A stretch of DNA of 64,000 bases from Gemmatimonadota bacterium (lineage in GTDB: Bacteria; Gemmatimonadota; Gemmatimonadetes; Palauibacterales; Palauibacteraceae). The notes below the pieces were generated by a model that searched no databases, was not told the DNA's origin, and worked only from the letters and a program-made list of their open reading frames with translations. Position numbers and translations under genes: made by a program. Positions 27,628 through 37,547 of this stretch are shown in pieces (the first letter of the stretch is position 1; every line of letters starts with the position of its first letter). The stretch lies in assembly GCA_051004775.1 (NCBI GenBank), contig JBPCJZ010000084.1, positions 16,589-80,588 of the forward strand, read 5' to 3'.

Positions 27628-28574
27628 TGGCCGGCTCCGCCGCGGACCAGCTCGCGCGCCTGCTCTACCTGCTTCCGGCGGCAGCCCGGGGCGGCCTCTC
27701 CACCCGCGAGGCGGCCGCGCGGCTGGAGGTCGACGAGGAGACCGTCCTGGCCGACCTCGCCGACGTCACGGCGCGGGAGTTCTACCATCCGGCGGGGGGC
27801 GCCGACGACGTCCGGGTCGAGATCGAAGCCGAACGCATCCACATCCGAGGAGAGAAGTTCATGCGACCCCCGCGCCTCAATGCGCGCGAGGCGCTGGCTG
27901 TGCACCTCGCCCTGCGTCGCCACGCGGCGGGGCTCGGCGGGGAGGCGCGCGCGGCCGTGCTCGAACTTGCGGAGCGCGTCGGCCGGATCCTCGCCTCGGA
28001 GAATACGGAGGAGGACGCTCGGCGCATCGCGCTCGAGGAGGAGGCCGTGGGGCTCCGGCTCGAGCTCCAGGCCGCCGCCAGCGAAGGCATCCGCTGCCGA
28101 ATGGTCTATCTGCGGCCAGGCGCGGAGGCGGAGACCGAGCGCACGCTCGATCCGTACGCGGTCGTCGGATCGCACGGCTCCTGGTTCGTGATCGGATTCA
28201 GCGACCCGCGCGGCGACGTGCAGGTGTTTCGTCTCGATCGCATCCTCGAACTGGAGGACACGGGCGAGCGTTTCGAACCGCCGTCCGACTTCGATACGGC
28301 GCCGTACGTGGAAGGCGGGCGGGTGTTCCGCGCGGAGACGACCCGCGAGGTCCGGGTGCGCTATCGCGGAACGGCGGCGGCGCGCATGCGGGAGTGGTAT
28401 CCGGCGGCGGAGAGCGTCGGCGAGGAGACGCTAGTGGTTTACGCAGTCGCCGACCCCGAGTGGATCGTCCGGCACGTCCTCGAGCACGGGGGAACGGCGG
28501 AGGTCGAGTCGCCGCCGGACGTGCGCGGACTCGTCGCGGAGGCCGCGGCGACTCTCGGTGGAGCGTATCCGTGA
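27627..28574 (+). CDS. WYL-domain transcriptional regulator, PafC-like
   Basis: QLARLLYLLP...EAAARLEVDEETVLADL HTH; LDPYAVV...SWFVIG...FRLDRI; ATG overlaps the pafB-like stop (TGATG). Confidence 0.9.
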   Translation: MAGSAADQLARLLYLLPAAARGGLSTREAAARLEVDEETVLADLADVTAREFYHPAGGADDVRVEIEAERIHIRGEKFMRPPRLNAREALAVHLALRRHAAGLGGEARAAVLELAERVGRILASENTEEDARRIALEEEAVGLRLELQAAASEGIRCRMVYLRPGAEAETERTLDPYAVVGSHGSWFVIGFSDPRGDVQVFRLDRILELEDTGERFEPPSDFDTAPYVEGGRVFRAETTREVRVRYRGTAAARMREWYPAAESVGEETLVVYAVADPEWIVRHVLEHGGTAEVESPPDVRGLVAEAAATLGGAYP

Positions 28575-28685
28575 AGCGGGGCTGACGGCGCCGAAACCAG
28601 CCACGGCGAGGTAGAAGTCCGGCGCGGCCGGACAGGGCCCACGCGGCGGGCCGAGCGGGGCTGTCGGCTCCACGCCCGCGGACCG

Positions 28686-28691
28686 TACTGT
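28686..28691 (+). promoter_or_regulatory. Candidate -10 (TACTGT) 5 nt before the addB ATG, possibly leaderless
   Basis: TANNNT directly before ATG 28697; no SD; TGTCGG 18 nt upstream. Confidence 0.35.
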
Positions 28692-28696
28692 GCCCC

Positions 28697-31600
28697 ATGC
28701 CGCTCCGAATCGTACGAGCTCCGACGAGTGCCGGGTTGTGGTCGGCCTGCATGGAAGGCTGGCTCGACGACCTGGGCCCGGCCACCGGACCGGGTCCGCA
28801 CGCCTCCCGCCTCTGGCTCGTCCACCGAACCCAGCGCGATGCCGCACTCTCCGCGTCGGTCGCTCGCGGCGTGCCCGGTTGGTTCGATCCACCCCTTCAC
28901 TTCCTCTCGGAGCTCGGCGAGTTGTTCGGCATTCAGCGTCGCCCGATCGGCATCCTCACCGGCCGCCTCCTGGTCGCCAGGCTCGCCCGCGACCACGGAA
29001 GACGCATCGGGCTGCGCGCGTCCTTCGGCGAAGAGGGTCCCGCCCGCTCTCACATGCTCGACGGACTGATCGGCGAGCTGCTGGCGGAGGGCGTCGCGCC
29101 CGCGGCGCTGCGCGAGAGCCTCGGGGGCCGTCCGAGCGACGAGTTCGGCCGCCTGCGCAACGCCTGGGTCTGTGACACGTACGCGGCCCTGCTGGACGCG
29201 CTCGCGCATCAGGGGCTGTACGACGCACGGCAGATCCACGCACTGGCCGCCGAGCGCATCGAGACGGGCGGGCTGAGCGTCGCTGTGCGGGGCGCACGCA
29301 CGCTCCACGTGTACGGCCTGAGTTCGCTCAGCCGCCGCGAACGCTTGTTTCGGGCGCTGGCCGCTCAGGCGTCGGTGGATGTCCGGGTATATCAGCTCGA
29401 CGAAGGCGAACCCTCGGAGTGGGACGATCTCCCCGGCGTGGCCGACTCGCCGGCCACTGTTGCGGACGCCGCGCCTCGCGCCGCCGCTGTGCCCGACGTC
29501 GCGCCCGTCGCGCCCGACACTGCCGAAAGCGAAGATCGCGCGGCGGGCGTCACGATCCGGCCCGCTCCCGACGCGGTACGCGAAGCCGCCTACGTGGCGC
29601 GCCGTGTGAAGCAGTTGCTCGCCGCGGGGGAGTGCCGCCCATCGGAAGTGGCGGTCGTCGCGCGTTCGGGCCGGGAGGATACGCGCAGGATCCATCGGGC
29701 CCTGGAAGACGCGGGCGTCCCCTCCTCCGCCCGGCTCCGTACGGTTCTGGCCCAGATTCCCGCACTGCGAGCGCTCCTCGACCTGTTCGGGGCGGAGGCC
29801 TCGGGTTGGGACTACGGCAGTCTGCGCACCGTGGGCACGAGTCCGTACTTCGCGATCGGCCTCGACGCGCGGCCGCTCGACTACCTCGCTTCCAAGCGAC
29901 GCATCGCCGGGCTCGCGAACTGGGAGGGGGCGCTGGCCGAGCTGGCCGAGGCCCTGGCTCACGATCGGGACCATCCGGAAGCGCGCCGCCTCCGCGGCCG
30001 CGGTATCGGTTCGGACCGCGTGGCGGCCGCCGCGCGTGGCGTAGCCAGGCTGCGGGAGCACGTCGCGGGTCTGGCCGGCCAGCGTGGGGAGTCGGACTGG
30101 ATCGATCTCACCCGGTCCTTCACCGCCGGCGGGGGCCTCGAATACCTGCGGCGAATTTGCCGGGTGGTCGGAGGACGCTACGATCTCGTCCGCCTGGATC
30201 AGCGTGGCGTGCGCGTGCTCGACTCCCTCCTTGCGGAATGGCGGGGTCTGCTCTCGACGTCCACGGGTCTGACGGCGGCCGACTGGCACGGCCGGCTTCG
30301 CCGGCTGCTCGAGGCGAACGAACTCGCGCTCTCGACGCCTTCGTACCATGGAGTCAAGATTCTCGAGGCGCACGAAGCCGCCCTGACACCGTTTCGCCAT
30401 GTCTTCGTCGTGCACGCCAACGACGGCGAGTTTCCGCGGACGCCGCGCGCGGCGGGCATCTTCACCGACGGAGAACGGGCCGCGCTGCGAGCCGCGGGTC
30501 TTCCTCTCGAGGACCGCACGACCGCACTGCGCCGCGAACGCTCCCTGTGGCGCGCCGTTACCGCGGGGGAGTCGGTGACGCTCACGTACCGGACGTCGAC
30601 CTCCGCCGGGGTGCCGCTGCTTCCGTCGCTCATGGTGCCCGACCACGAGGCGGAGAGCGCGCTGCCCCGCACGATCGTGCACGCCGATGATGATCTCGAG
30701 GCCGTCAGCCGGGCCGAGCAACTGCGCCTCGAGGTACTGCGTCTCGCCAGGAAGCGTCGCGGCGGCGAAGAGGGCAAGCTCGAAGTCGCCGACGTTCCCG
30801 CCGTCCGCCATGCCGTCCTCGGCGCCTTCGCCGAGGAGCTGCGCGCCGGCCGCCTGGACGACGTGGAATCGATCGAGCCCGGGCTAGGACTCGAACCGTC
30901 TCCCTTGCTCGGACGGGATCGTCCGCTGTCCCAGCGGTCCCATGCGTGGAACGGCCGCCTTCGGGACCCCGCACTGCTCCAAGTGATCGGGGAGCGATTC
31001 GGGCCGGAACACGTCTGGTCGGCGAGCCAGTTGCAGCAGTATGCGGTCCGCCCGTTCGATTTTCTGCTGGCCCGCGTGCTGCGCATCGAACTCCGCGAGG
31101 AGGCGGGGGAGGAGACGTCCCCGATGGCCTCGGGCAGCGTGGTTCACGCGGTGCTCGAGGCGCTCCACGGTCGCCTGCTGGGCGCGGACGAGGCCGGCTT
31201 CGCCGCGGGTCCTGCCCTGCTGGAGGAGGTGTCCCGCGACGTGTTCAAAAGGCTCGAGCGCGAGGCCGGACTCTGGCTCGGCCTGCCCGCCCTCTGGAAC
31301 CTGAAGCGTGCGCATCTGCGCGAGACCGTCCGCGGCTTCGTGACCTGGGACTTCGCCTGGCTAGCGAAGCGCTCGGCCCGGCCCGAGGCGGTGGAAGCGC
31401 GGTTCGGATCCGACGGCGCGGAGCCGGTGGAGATCACGGGCACCGACCTCGCCGGGCGAGCCGCCGCCCTGCGGCTTGCCGGCCGGATCGATCGCGTCGA
31501 TCGGGTCGGGCGTGCGGGCGATCGGCTGCGGATCGTGGACTACAAGCTCGGTGATCCCCCCGCGAGGAAGCGCTACGATGACGGAGCGCTGCTCCAGTCC

Positions 31601-31921
31601 GCCCTCTACTCGGCGGCGTGGGAGCGGCTGGGGAGCCGGCGACCGAGCGAGGCGCTGTTCCTCTCGATCCGCAGCCCCGGCAAGGGCTCGATGTCGGGTC
31701 TCAAAGACAGTGGCGTCGAGGACGTACTTCGATTTGCGTTGTCCATCCCGGCACGTGTGCGCGCCGGGCTGTTCGAACCGGTGCAGGCGGCCACCGCGCA
31801 CCCTGCCTCCGACTGGCAGCCCGGCCCCGAGATCACCCGCACGCAGTCCTGGATCACCGCCGGGCACCGCTTCGACAACCCGGCGGAGGGCGCCGCCCCG
31901 GGGAGCCCCGGCGATGAGTGA
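28697..31921 (+). CDS. addB: AddB/RexB-like subunit (inactive helicase domain + PD-(D/E)XK nuclease)
   Basis: EAAYVARRV, VAVVARS, HVFVVHANDGEFP; C-terminal SASQL, GSVVHAVLE, GRIDRVD, IVDYK, LQSALY; no intact Walker A. Confidence 0.85.
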   Translation: MPLRIVRAPTSAGLWSACMEGWLDDLGPATGPGPHASRLWLVHRTQRDAALSASVARGVPGWFDPPLHFLSELGELFGIQRRPIGILTGRLLVARLARDHGRRIGLRASFGEEGPARSHMLDGLIGELLAEGVAPAALRESLGGRPSDEFGRLRNAWVCDTYAALLDALAHQGLYDARQIHALAAERIETGGLSVAVRGARTLHVYGLSSLSRRERLFRALAAQASVDVRVYQLDEGEPSEWDDLPGVADSPATVADAAPRAAAVPDVAPVAPDTAESEDRAAGVTIRPAPDAVREAAYVARRVKQLLAAGECRPSEVAVVARSGREDTRRIHRALEDAGVPSSARLRTVLAQIPALRALLDLFGAEASGWDYGSLRTVGTSPYFAIGLDARPLDYLASKRRIAGLANWEGALAELAEALAHDRDHPEARRLRGRGIGSDRVAAAARGVARLREHVAGLAGQRGESDWIDLTRSFTAGGGLEYLRRICRVVGGRYDLVRLDQRGVRVLDSLLAEWRGLLSTSTGLTAADWHGRLRRLLEANELALSTPSYHGVKILEAHEAALTPFRHVFVVHANDGEFPRTPRAAGIFTDGERAALRAAGLPLEDRTTALRRERSLWRAVTAGESVTLTYRTSTSAGVPLLPSLMVPDHEAESALPRTIVHADDDLEAVSRAEQLRLEVLRLARKRRGGEEGKLEVADVPAVRHAVLGAFAEELRAGRLDDVESIEPGLGLEPSPLLGRDRPLSQRSHAWNGRLRDPALLQVIGERFGPEHVWSASQLQQYAVRPFDFLLARVLRIELREEAGEETSPMASGSVVHAVLEALHGRLLGADEAGFAAGPALLEEVSRDVFKRLEREAGLWLGLPALWNLKRAHLRETVRGFVTWDFAWLAKRSARPEAVEARFGSDGAEPVEITGTDLAGRAAALRLAGRIDRVDRVGRAGDRLRIVDYKLGDPPARKRYDDGALLQSALYSAAWERLGSRRPSEALFLSIRSPGKGSMSGLKDSGVEDVLRFALSIPARVRAGLFEPVQAATAHPASDWQPGPEITRTQSWITAGHRFDNPAEGAAPGSPGDE

Positions 31922-34900
31922 GTTCCGGTGGACCCCCGAGCAGGTCCGCGTCCTGCTCGATCGGGAGAATGGCCTGCTCGCGGCGAGCGCCGGAACGGGG
32001 AAGACCCGGACGATCGTCGGGAAGATCGGCTGGCTGCTTGGAATCGACGTCGGGCCGGGCCCCGACGGACTGCCGATTCCCCCGCCCCCGGCTCCGTGTT
32101 CGCTCGATCAGATTGCCGCGATCACCTTCACCGAGAAGGCCGCCTCGGAACTGAAAGACCGCCTGCGGGACATCGTGGAGGGCTCCGACCGAGCAGCCGA
32201 ACTCCGCTGGGAACTCGACCGCGCGTCCGTGGGCACCATTCATGGTTTCTGCGCCGGACTGCTGCGCGAGCACGCACTGCGGCTCGACATCGATCCGACC
32301 TTCCGGGTGCTCGATGATCGCGAAGCGACGCTCCGTCTGCACGAGATCATTCGAGCCGTCGTCCTGCGGGCCGTCGAGGAGGGTGGGGACGCGATCGGGA
32401 ACCTGCTCGACCGCTTCCAGCTCTACGACGGCAACTACCGCACGGGCCTCGTCGGGGTCGTGGATTCCGCCGTCCGGGACCTTCGCTGGCACGCGCACGC
32501 GTACGACGACTGGGTGATCGATCGATCGAGTGCTGCCGAGCCCGCGGCGCTCGATCTCGATCGGCTCCGGGCGATCGCCGCCGAGCGACTTTCCGGCGCC
32601 GTCATGGACGCCGGAGACGAGGCGGCGCTCGAACTCGCCGACGCCCTGTACGGCCTCGCGCATCGGGCGGTGGCCGACTGGCTGCGGTGGATGGAGGAGG
32701 AGAACGTCCGGGACTTCGACAGCCTCATCCTCGACGCACGCCGCCTCCTGACGCGCCCCGAACACCGGTCGGCCCTGGAGTCTATCCGTGCGGGGCTTCG
32801 CATCCTGATCATCGACGAGTTCCAGGACACGGACGCCGCGCAGCGCGACATCGCGTTCGCGCTCGCGGGGATCGGAGATCCGGATCCCGGTCCCGTACCC
32901 CAGCTGCTGGTCGTCGGCGATCCGAAGCAGAGCATCTACGGATTCCGGGGTGCGGACGTGCGCGTGTGGAACGACGTGCGCCGACGGTTGTGCGGGGACC
33001 GGCCGCCCATGCGGCTGACCGAGAACTTCCGCAGTCAGCCCGGCCTGGTCGAGTTCATCAACGAGGTGGCAGAGGCCGCGATCGAGAACGCGGGCGACGC
33101 GTCGAAGGAGCACGATCGGGATCTGTACATTCCCTACACGCCGCTCCAGGCGTACCGGTCCGAAGCGCCCGGCCAGGGTGTCGACTGGCTCGACTGCACG
33201 GTCGAAGGCGGCACCCGTTCGGATCGGGCCGCGCTGGAGGCCCGACTCGTCGCGTCCAGGGTCCGTTCGCTCCTCGACGGGGAGAAACTGAGGGATCCCC
33301 GCACCCTCGAGCTCCGTGGCGTCGAAGCGCGGGATATCGCGATCCTGGCCCGGACGCGTCGCGCGCTCGACGAAGTGGACGAGGCCCTGCGCGAAGCCGG
33401 GATCCGGGTATACAACGCCGCCCGCCTCGGCCTGTCGAACCGGGCGGAAGTGCTCGACCTCGTCACCACGCTCCGGCTGCTCGCGGACCCCGAGGACGAC
33501 TACCACGCCTGCGCCTGGCTGAGATCTCCGCTCGTGGGCCTGCGCGACGAGGTAGTGGTGCGCTTTCGCCTGGATCGCGGGGCGCGGCCGGGTGCCCTGC
33601 TGCGACAGGCGCGCCGCCACATCGAACGCTGCGAGAGCGGAGACGCTTCGTGGTTCGAGGCGCCCGAGCATCCGGAGGTAGCCGGCATCGAGCGCGAGGC
33701 TCTCAGTCGCGGCCTCGACGCGCTGGCGGAAGCCCAGGCCCTCGTCGATCGCGCCCCCGCATCGGAACTGCTCGAAGACATCGTGCGCCGGACCGGATAC
33801 CGCCTCCATCTGCTCCTGCGTCCCGGTGCCGAGGAGTCCCTCGCGGCAATGGAGCGATTCTCCGCCTTACTCGACGAGTATCGGCACCTTCCAGTCGGGA
33901 CGTTCCTCGCGCTGTGGGACCGCTGGGGCGATCAGGATCTCGGGATTCCGCAGGCGCCGTTGTTCAGCGCCGCTGACGACGTCGTGACGCTCCAGACGAT
34001 CCACACGGCGAAGGGCCTGGAATGGCCGATCGTGTTTCTCCTGCGCGCGGGCGACGGGAGTACCGACCGCTTGAAGGATTCCTACGTGTCGGACCCTCGA
34101 CTCGGCCCTGCGCTGCTGCCGAAGGCCTCCGAGCGAGGGGCACGGGCGGGCGCCATCGCCGAGCGCGTCCTGGCCGCGGAACGGGCGGAAGAATCCAGGC
34201 TTCTCTACGTCGCGCTCACTCGCGCGGCCGACCGGATCGTCGTCTCCGCCCACGATGTCGACGCGGGGTACATGGAGTTTCTGCGGCCGGCCCTGCGCGA
34301 CGCTGTGCCGCCCCACCTCGTCGCCGCCGACGGAGGTCCTCGGCCAGGCCGGAAGGCCGCACGCGCGGCGCGCGTCGACGATCCAGCCAGCCGGACGGGA
34401 AGCCAGATCGAAGTGTTCGATCCGGACGGGACGGGACAGATGGACCTGTTCCTCAATCGTCGGCCGGGCGGCGAGCCCCCGGAGGCGGCCGAAGGCCTTC
34501 GGCGCGTCGTCTACCGGACGCCCGATCCGGGGCAGGGTTCACTCACGCCGCTCCCGGTCACCCTGGACTGGCTCGACGCGCTCGTGCCGGGCCCGGTGGA
34601 CGGCCTCGCGCGGCCGATCGAGGTTCCCACCGAGAGGCCCGTCACCTCGGCGACGGAACTGCAGCTCCGCGCGGCCGATCCCGCTGCCTGGCGCCTCCGC
34701 TACGTACACGCCGTCGAAGAAGCATGGCGGTTCGCTCCGACAGGCGCGGCGACCGGGATTCCCGCGACGCTTCGCGGCACCTTGATCCACGGGGTGCTGG
34801 AGCGGATTCGAGCGATCGACGACCTCGCCGACGTCCTGGACGAGACGATCGCGGGGCTGGATGCACCCCCCGGCGTGGAGGAACAGCTCCGGCCCGGCGC

Positions 34901-35255
34901 CGAGTATCGATTGGCACTCGAGACGGAAATCGCCCGCGTCGTGAAGGGCGAGGAGTGGCAATGGTACGTCGAGGGCGAGCACTCCCGTGAACTTCGCTTC
35001 CTGGTCCTCGACACGCCCGGACCCTGGATCACAGGGGCCCTCGACCTGTACCGCGCCACGCCCGAGCCGTGGGTCATCGACTTCAAGACGCATCGGATCG
35101 GCGCGGCGGAGATTCCGGCGGTAGCGGAGGAGTATCGCATCCAGGCCGACGTGTATCGGGGGGCCGTGGCGGCCCTGAGCGGTCGCGCGCCGGGCGTCCG
35201 CTTGCACTTCACGCACCCCAACGTCGCCACCGACCTGTCCCGGCCCCGCGACTGA
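31914..35255 (+). CDS. addA: AddA-like UvrD helicase-nuclease
   Basis: ASAGTGKT, ITFTEKAA, TIHGFC, DEFQDT, GDPKQSIYGFRG, ENFRS, TIHTAKGLEW, RLLYVALTRA; nuclease GTLIH, GALDL, IDFKT; ATG 31914 overlaps the addB end by 8 nt. Confidence 0.92.
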   Translation: MSEFRWTPEQVRVLLDRENGLLAASAGTGKTRTIVGKIGWLLGIDVGPGPDGLPIPPPPAPCSLDQIAAITFTEKAASELKDRLRDIVEGSDRAAELRWELDRASVGTIHGFCAGLLREHALRLDIDPTFRVLDDREATLRLHEIIRAVVLRAVEEGGDAIGNLLDRFQLYDGNYRTGLVGVVDSAVRDLRWHAHAYDDWVIDRSSAAEPAALDLDRLRAIAAERLSGAVMDAGDEAALELADALYGLAHRAVADWLRWMEEENVRDFDSLILDARRLLTRPEHRSALESIRAGLRILIIDEFQDTDAAQRDIAFALAGIGDPDPGPVPQLLVVGDPKQSIYGFRGADVRVWNDVRRRLCGDRPPMRLTENFRSQPGLVEFINEVAEAAIENAGDASKEHDRDLYIPYTPLQAYRSEAPGQGVDWLDCTVEGGTRSDRAALEARLVASRVRSLLDGEKLRDPRTLELRGVEARDIAILARTRRALDEVDEALREAGIRVYNAARLGLSNRAEVLDLVTTLRLLADPEDDYHACAWLRSPLVGLRDEVVVRFRLDRGARPGALLRQARRHIERCESGDASWFEAPEHPEVAGIEREALSRGLDALAEAQALVDRAPASELLEDIVRRTGYRLHLLLRPGAEESLAAMERFSALLDEYRHLPVGTFLALWDRWGDQDLGIPQAPLFSAADDVVTLQTIHTAKGLEWPIVFLLRAGDGSTDRLKDSYVSDPRLGPALLPKASERGARAGAIAERVLAAERAEESRLLYVALTRAADRIVVSAHDVDAGYMEFLRPALRDAVPPHLVAADGGPRPGRKAARAARVDDPASRTGSQIEVFDPDGTGQMDLFLNRRPGGEPPEAAEGLRRVVYRTPDPGQGSLTPLPVTLDWLDALVPGPVDGLARPIEVPTERPVTSATELQLRAADPAAWRLRYVHAVEEAWRFAPTGAATGIPATLRGTLIHGVLERIRAIDDLADVLDETIAGLDAPPGVEEQLRPGAEYRLALETEIARVVKGEEWQWYVEGEHSRELRFLVLDTPGPWITGALDLYRATPEPWVIDFKTHRIGAAEIPAVAEEYRIQADVYRGAVAALSGRAPGVRLHFTHPNVATDLSRPRD

Positions 35256-35304
35256 TGCCGGGCCAGTACTGCGCGTGGGCGCGGCCACCGGACCGCGGTG
35301 ACGA

Positions 35305-35922
35305 CTAGAGCAGGGGAATGCCGATCCCGGCCGTGAACTCCCACGACCGATTCTTGAAGTTGACCGTCACGTCCTCGATCTCTCCGACATCCGACAGCCC
35401 GAGATAGTAGCGACCGTCGCCCCAAAGGCTCAGCCCGCCGAGGCCGAGTTGCAGGTCGGCGCCGAAGACGGCGTTGAGGTCGGTACGGTTCACGCTGAAC
35501 TCGGCGATGTCGTCGCACGAGGTCTTTCCTCCCTCGTCCTCGAGGTCGCACGCCACGTTGAAGCCCAGTGCGACGCCGCCGAACACGCCGGGACGCAGGA
35601 GACCCACCGGCACGCCGATCTTCAGCAGGGCGGGGACCTCGATGTACGCGAGGTCGATGGAACCGCCGCCCTGGAAAGCGGTGCCGCGGTTCGCGTACAG
35701 GACCTCCACCTGGTACCCGAGCAGGCCGAAGCTCTGATTGTAGAACGCGCCCGCCACCAGCCCCGTGCGGTTCTCTTCGTCGAAGACGTCGTCGACGCTC
35801 ACATCCAGCGTCGAAATGCTGGTTCCCGCCCGCACGCCGAATGTCCGCCCCTGCGCGAGAGCCGAGGAGGCCGTCGTGACGACCATCAACGCGACGAGCG
35901 CGGCCAGCCGTGGATTCCGCAT
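35305..35922 (-). CDS. Outer-membrane beta-barrel (porin family) protein, paralogue of 578..1219
   Basis: Signal peptide; FGVRAG, YIEVP, DGRYYLG, KNRSWEFTAGIG. Confidence 0.8.
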   Translation of the reverse strand: MRNPRLAALVALMVVTTASSALAQGRTFGVRAGTSISTLDVSVDDVFDEENRTGLVAGAFYNQSFGLLGYQVEVLYANRGTAFQGGGSIDLAYIEVPALLKIGVPVGLLRPGVFGGVALGFNVACDLEDEGGKTSCDDIAEFSVNRTDLNAVFGADLQLGLGGLSLWGDGRYYLGLSDVGEIEDVTVNFKNRSWEFTAGIGIPLL

Positions 35923-36152
35923 GGTTCACTCCTGCTATGGTGGAGGCAGGCCCCGAACGCGGACGCTGCCGAACATTCTCGTGTCCCTGGACTCCAACAG
36001 GCCTCACTAGTGAACTCCGGATTCGAATGCGTGTTCCGGCGCGCCGGGCGCGGCCAGCTCGTCGCCCACGTTTGCCCGGCGGCTACCGTGGATGCGAAGT
36101 TGGCCGTACGGAAGTCGCTCAGTATCCGCAGAGAATGATGGGGGAACGCCGA

Positions 36153-37445
36153 ATGCATTACCGAATCACGCGCGCGGCGACGCGCTGCGCGGCCGCCGGG
36201 CTGGTCGTCACCTTCGCCGCGTGTGCGGGCGCCGCGCCCGCACCGGCCGGTATCCAGGCCCAGCAGGCTGTCGCGGTCGACAGCAGCCGGCTCGCCGAGG
36301 CCCGCGCGGTGCTCGAACGCCACCCGATCTTCGATGGCCACAACGACCTCCCGTGGGCGATACGCACGGCGGAGCGCCCGCTCGACGTCGAAGCCTACGA
36401 TCTTCGGGTACGCACCACCGGACACACGGACCTGGCGCGCCTCCGCGAGGGCGGCGTGGGAGCGCAGTTCTGGTCGGTCTACGTCCCCGGCGAGATCGCC
36501 GACTCCGGATTCGCGCGGGTGCAGCTCGAACAGATCGACGTCGTGCGGCGGATGATCGCCCGGTATCCCGAGCTCGAGTTCGTGGGCACCGCCGACGAAG
36601 TCGAGCGGGCGATGGCCGCGGGCCGGATCGCCTCGATGATCGGCATGGAGGGTGGCCACGTCATCGAAAACTCGCTCGGCGCGCTCCGGGCGTACTACGA
36701 CCTCGGCGCCCGCTACATGACGCTGACCCACAACGTCACGCTCGACTGGGCCGACGCCGCCTCCGACAGCGCGCGGCACGGCGGCCTGACGGAGTTCGGC
36801 GTCGCCGTGGTCCACGAGATGAATCGACTGGGCATGCTGGTCGACCTGTCGCACGTCTCTCCCGCGACGATGAACGACGCGCTCGACGCTACGAAGGCGC
36901 CGGTGATCTTCTCTCACTCGTCGGCCCGCGCCCTGACCGACCACGTGCGCAACGTGCCCGATGACGTGCTCCGGCGGCTGACGTCGAACGGCGGGGTAGT
37001 GATGGTCACGCACGTACCGGTGTTCGTGTCCGAATCGTTGCGGCAGTGGGGCGTCCGCCGCGAAGACCTGCGGGACTCCCTGGCCGCGCAGCAGGCAGAC
37101 GAGGACGAAGCGGAGGAGGCCGACGAAGCTTTCCTGCGCGACAATCCTCCCCCCGTCGCCACCATCGCCGACGTGGCCGACCACATCGAGCACGTCCGGG
37201 ACGTCGCCGGGATCGATCACGTCGGCATCGGGGGTGACTACGACGGGATCAGCTCCACTCCGGTAGGGCTCGACGACGTCTCGACGTACCCCCTGCTCAT
37301 CGCCGAGCTCCTGCGACGCGGCTGGAGCGAGGTCGAGGTGGGCAAACTGACGAGCGGCAACATCCTGCGGGTCCTGCGCCAGGCGGAGGAAGTGTCCCGG
37401 ACGCTACGGGCGGAAGGTCCGCCGGGCACGGACCGACTCCCCTGA
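36153..37445 (+). CDS. Membrane dipeptidase (peptidase M19) lipoprotein
   Basis: Lipobox FAAC; DGHNDLP, GAQFWSVY, GMEGGH, YMTLTH, LVDLSH, SHS, GIGGDYDG. Confidence 0.92.
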   Translation: MHYRITRAATRCAAAGLVVTFAACAGAAPAPAGIQAQQAVAVDSSRLAEARAVLERHPIFDGHNDLPWAIRTAERPLDVEAYDLRVRTTGHTDLARLREGGVGAQFWSVYVPGEIADSGFARVQLEQIDVVRRMIARYPELEFVGTADEVERAMAAGRIASMIGMEGGHVIENSLGALRAYYDLGARYMTLTHNVTLDWADAASDSARHGGLTEFGVAVVHEMNRLGMLVDLSHVSPATMNDALDATKAPVIFSHSSARALTDHVRNVPDDVLRRLTSNGGVVMVTHVPVFVSESLRQWGVRREDLRDSLAAQQADEDEAEEADEAFLRDNPPPVATIADVADHIEHVRDVAGIDHVGIGGDYDGISSTPVGLDDVSTYPLLIAELLRRGWSEVEVGKLTSGNILRVLRQAEEVSRTLRAEGPPGTDRLP

Positions 37446-37547
37446 GGGAATGAAAGCGGGCCGCGCGGCGTCCAACGGGATGAGAGCGGCGGACCGCGTA
37501 TCGATCGGCCGGTGCCCGACCCGGCAACGCGCCGGAAGGGCCGGCCG

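Noticed and set aside
26464-35255. WYL + helicase + nuclease read as an anti-phage defence island
   Set aside because: The helicase/nuclease pair has canonical AddA/AddB architecture and order; no methylase, toxin, integrase or compositional shift, and the WYLs look PafB/C-like
35924-36016. GTTCACT...AGTGAAC and CCTGC...GCAGG pairings upstream of the second OMP gene as a riboswitch or leader
   Set aside because: Short arms and no recognisable riboswitch consensus; would need an Rfam/Infernal search
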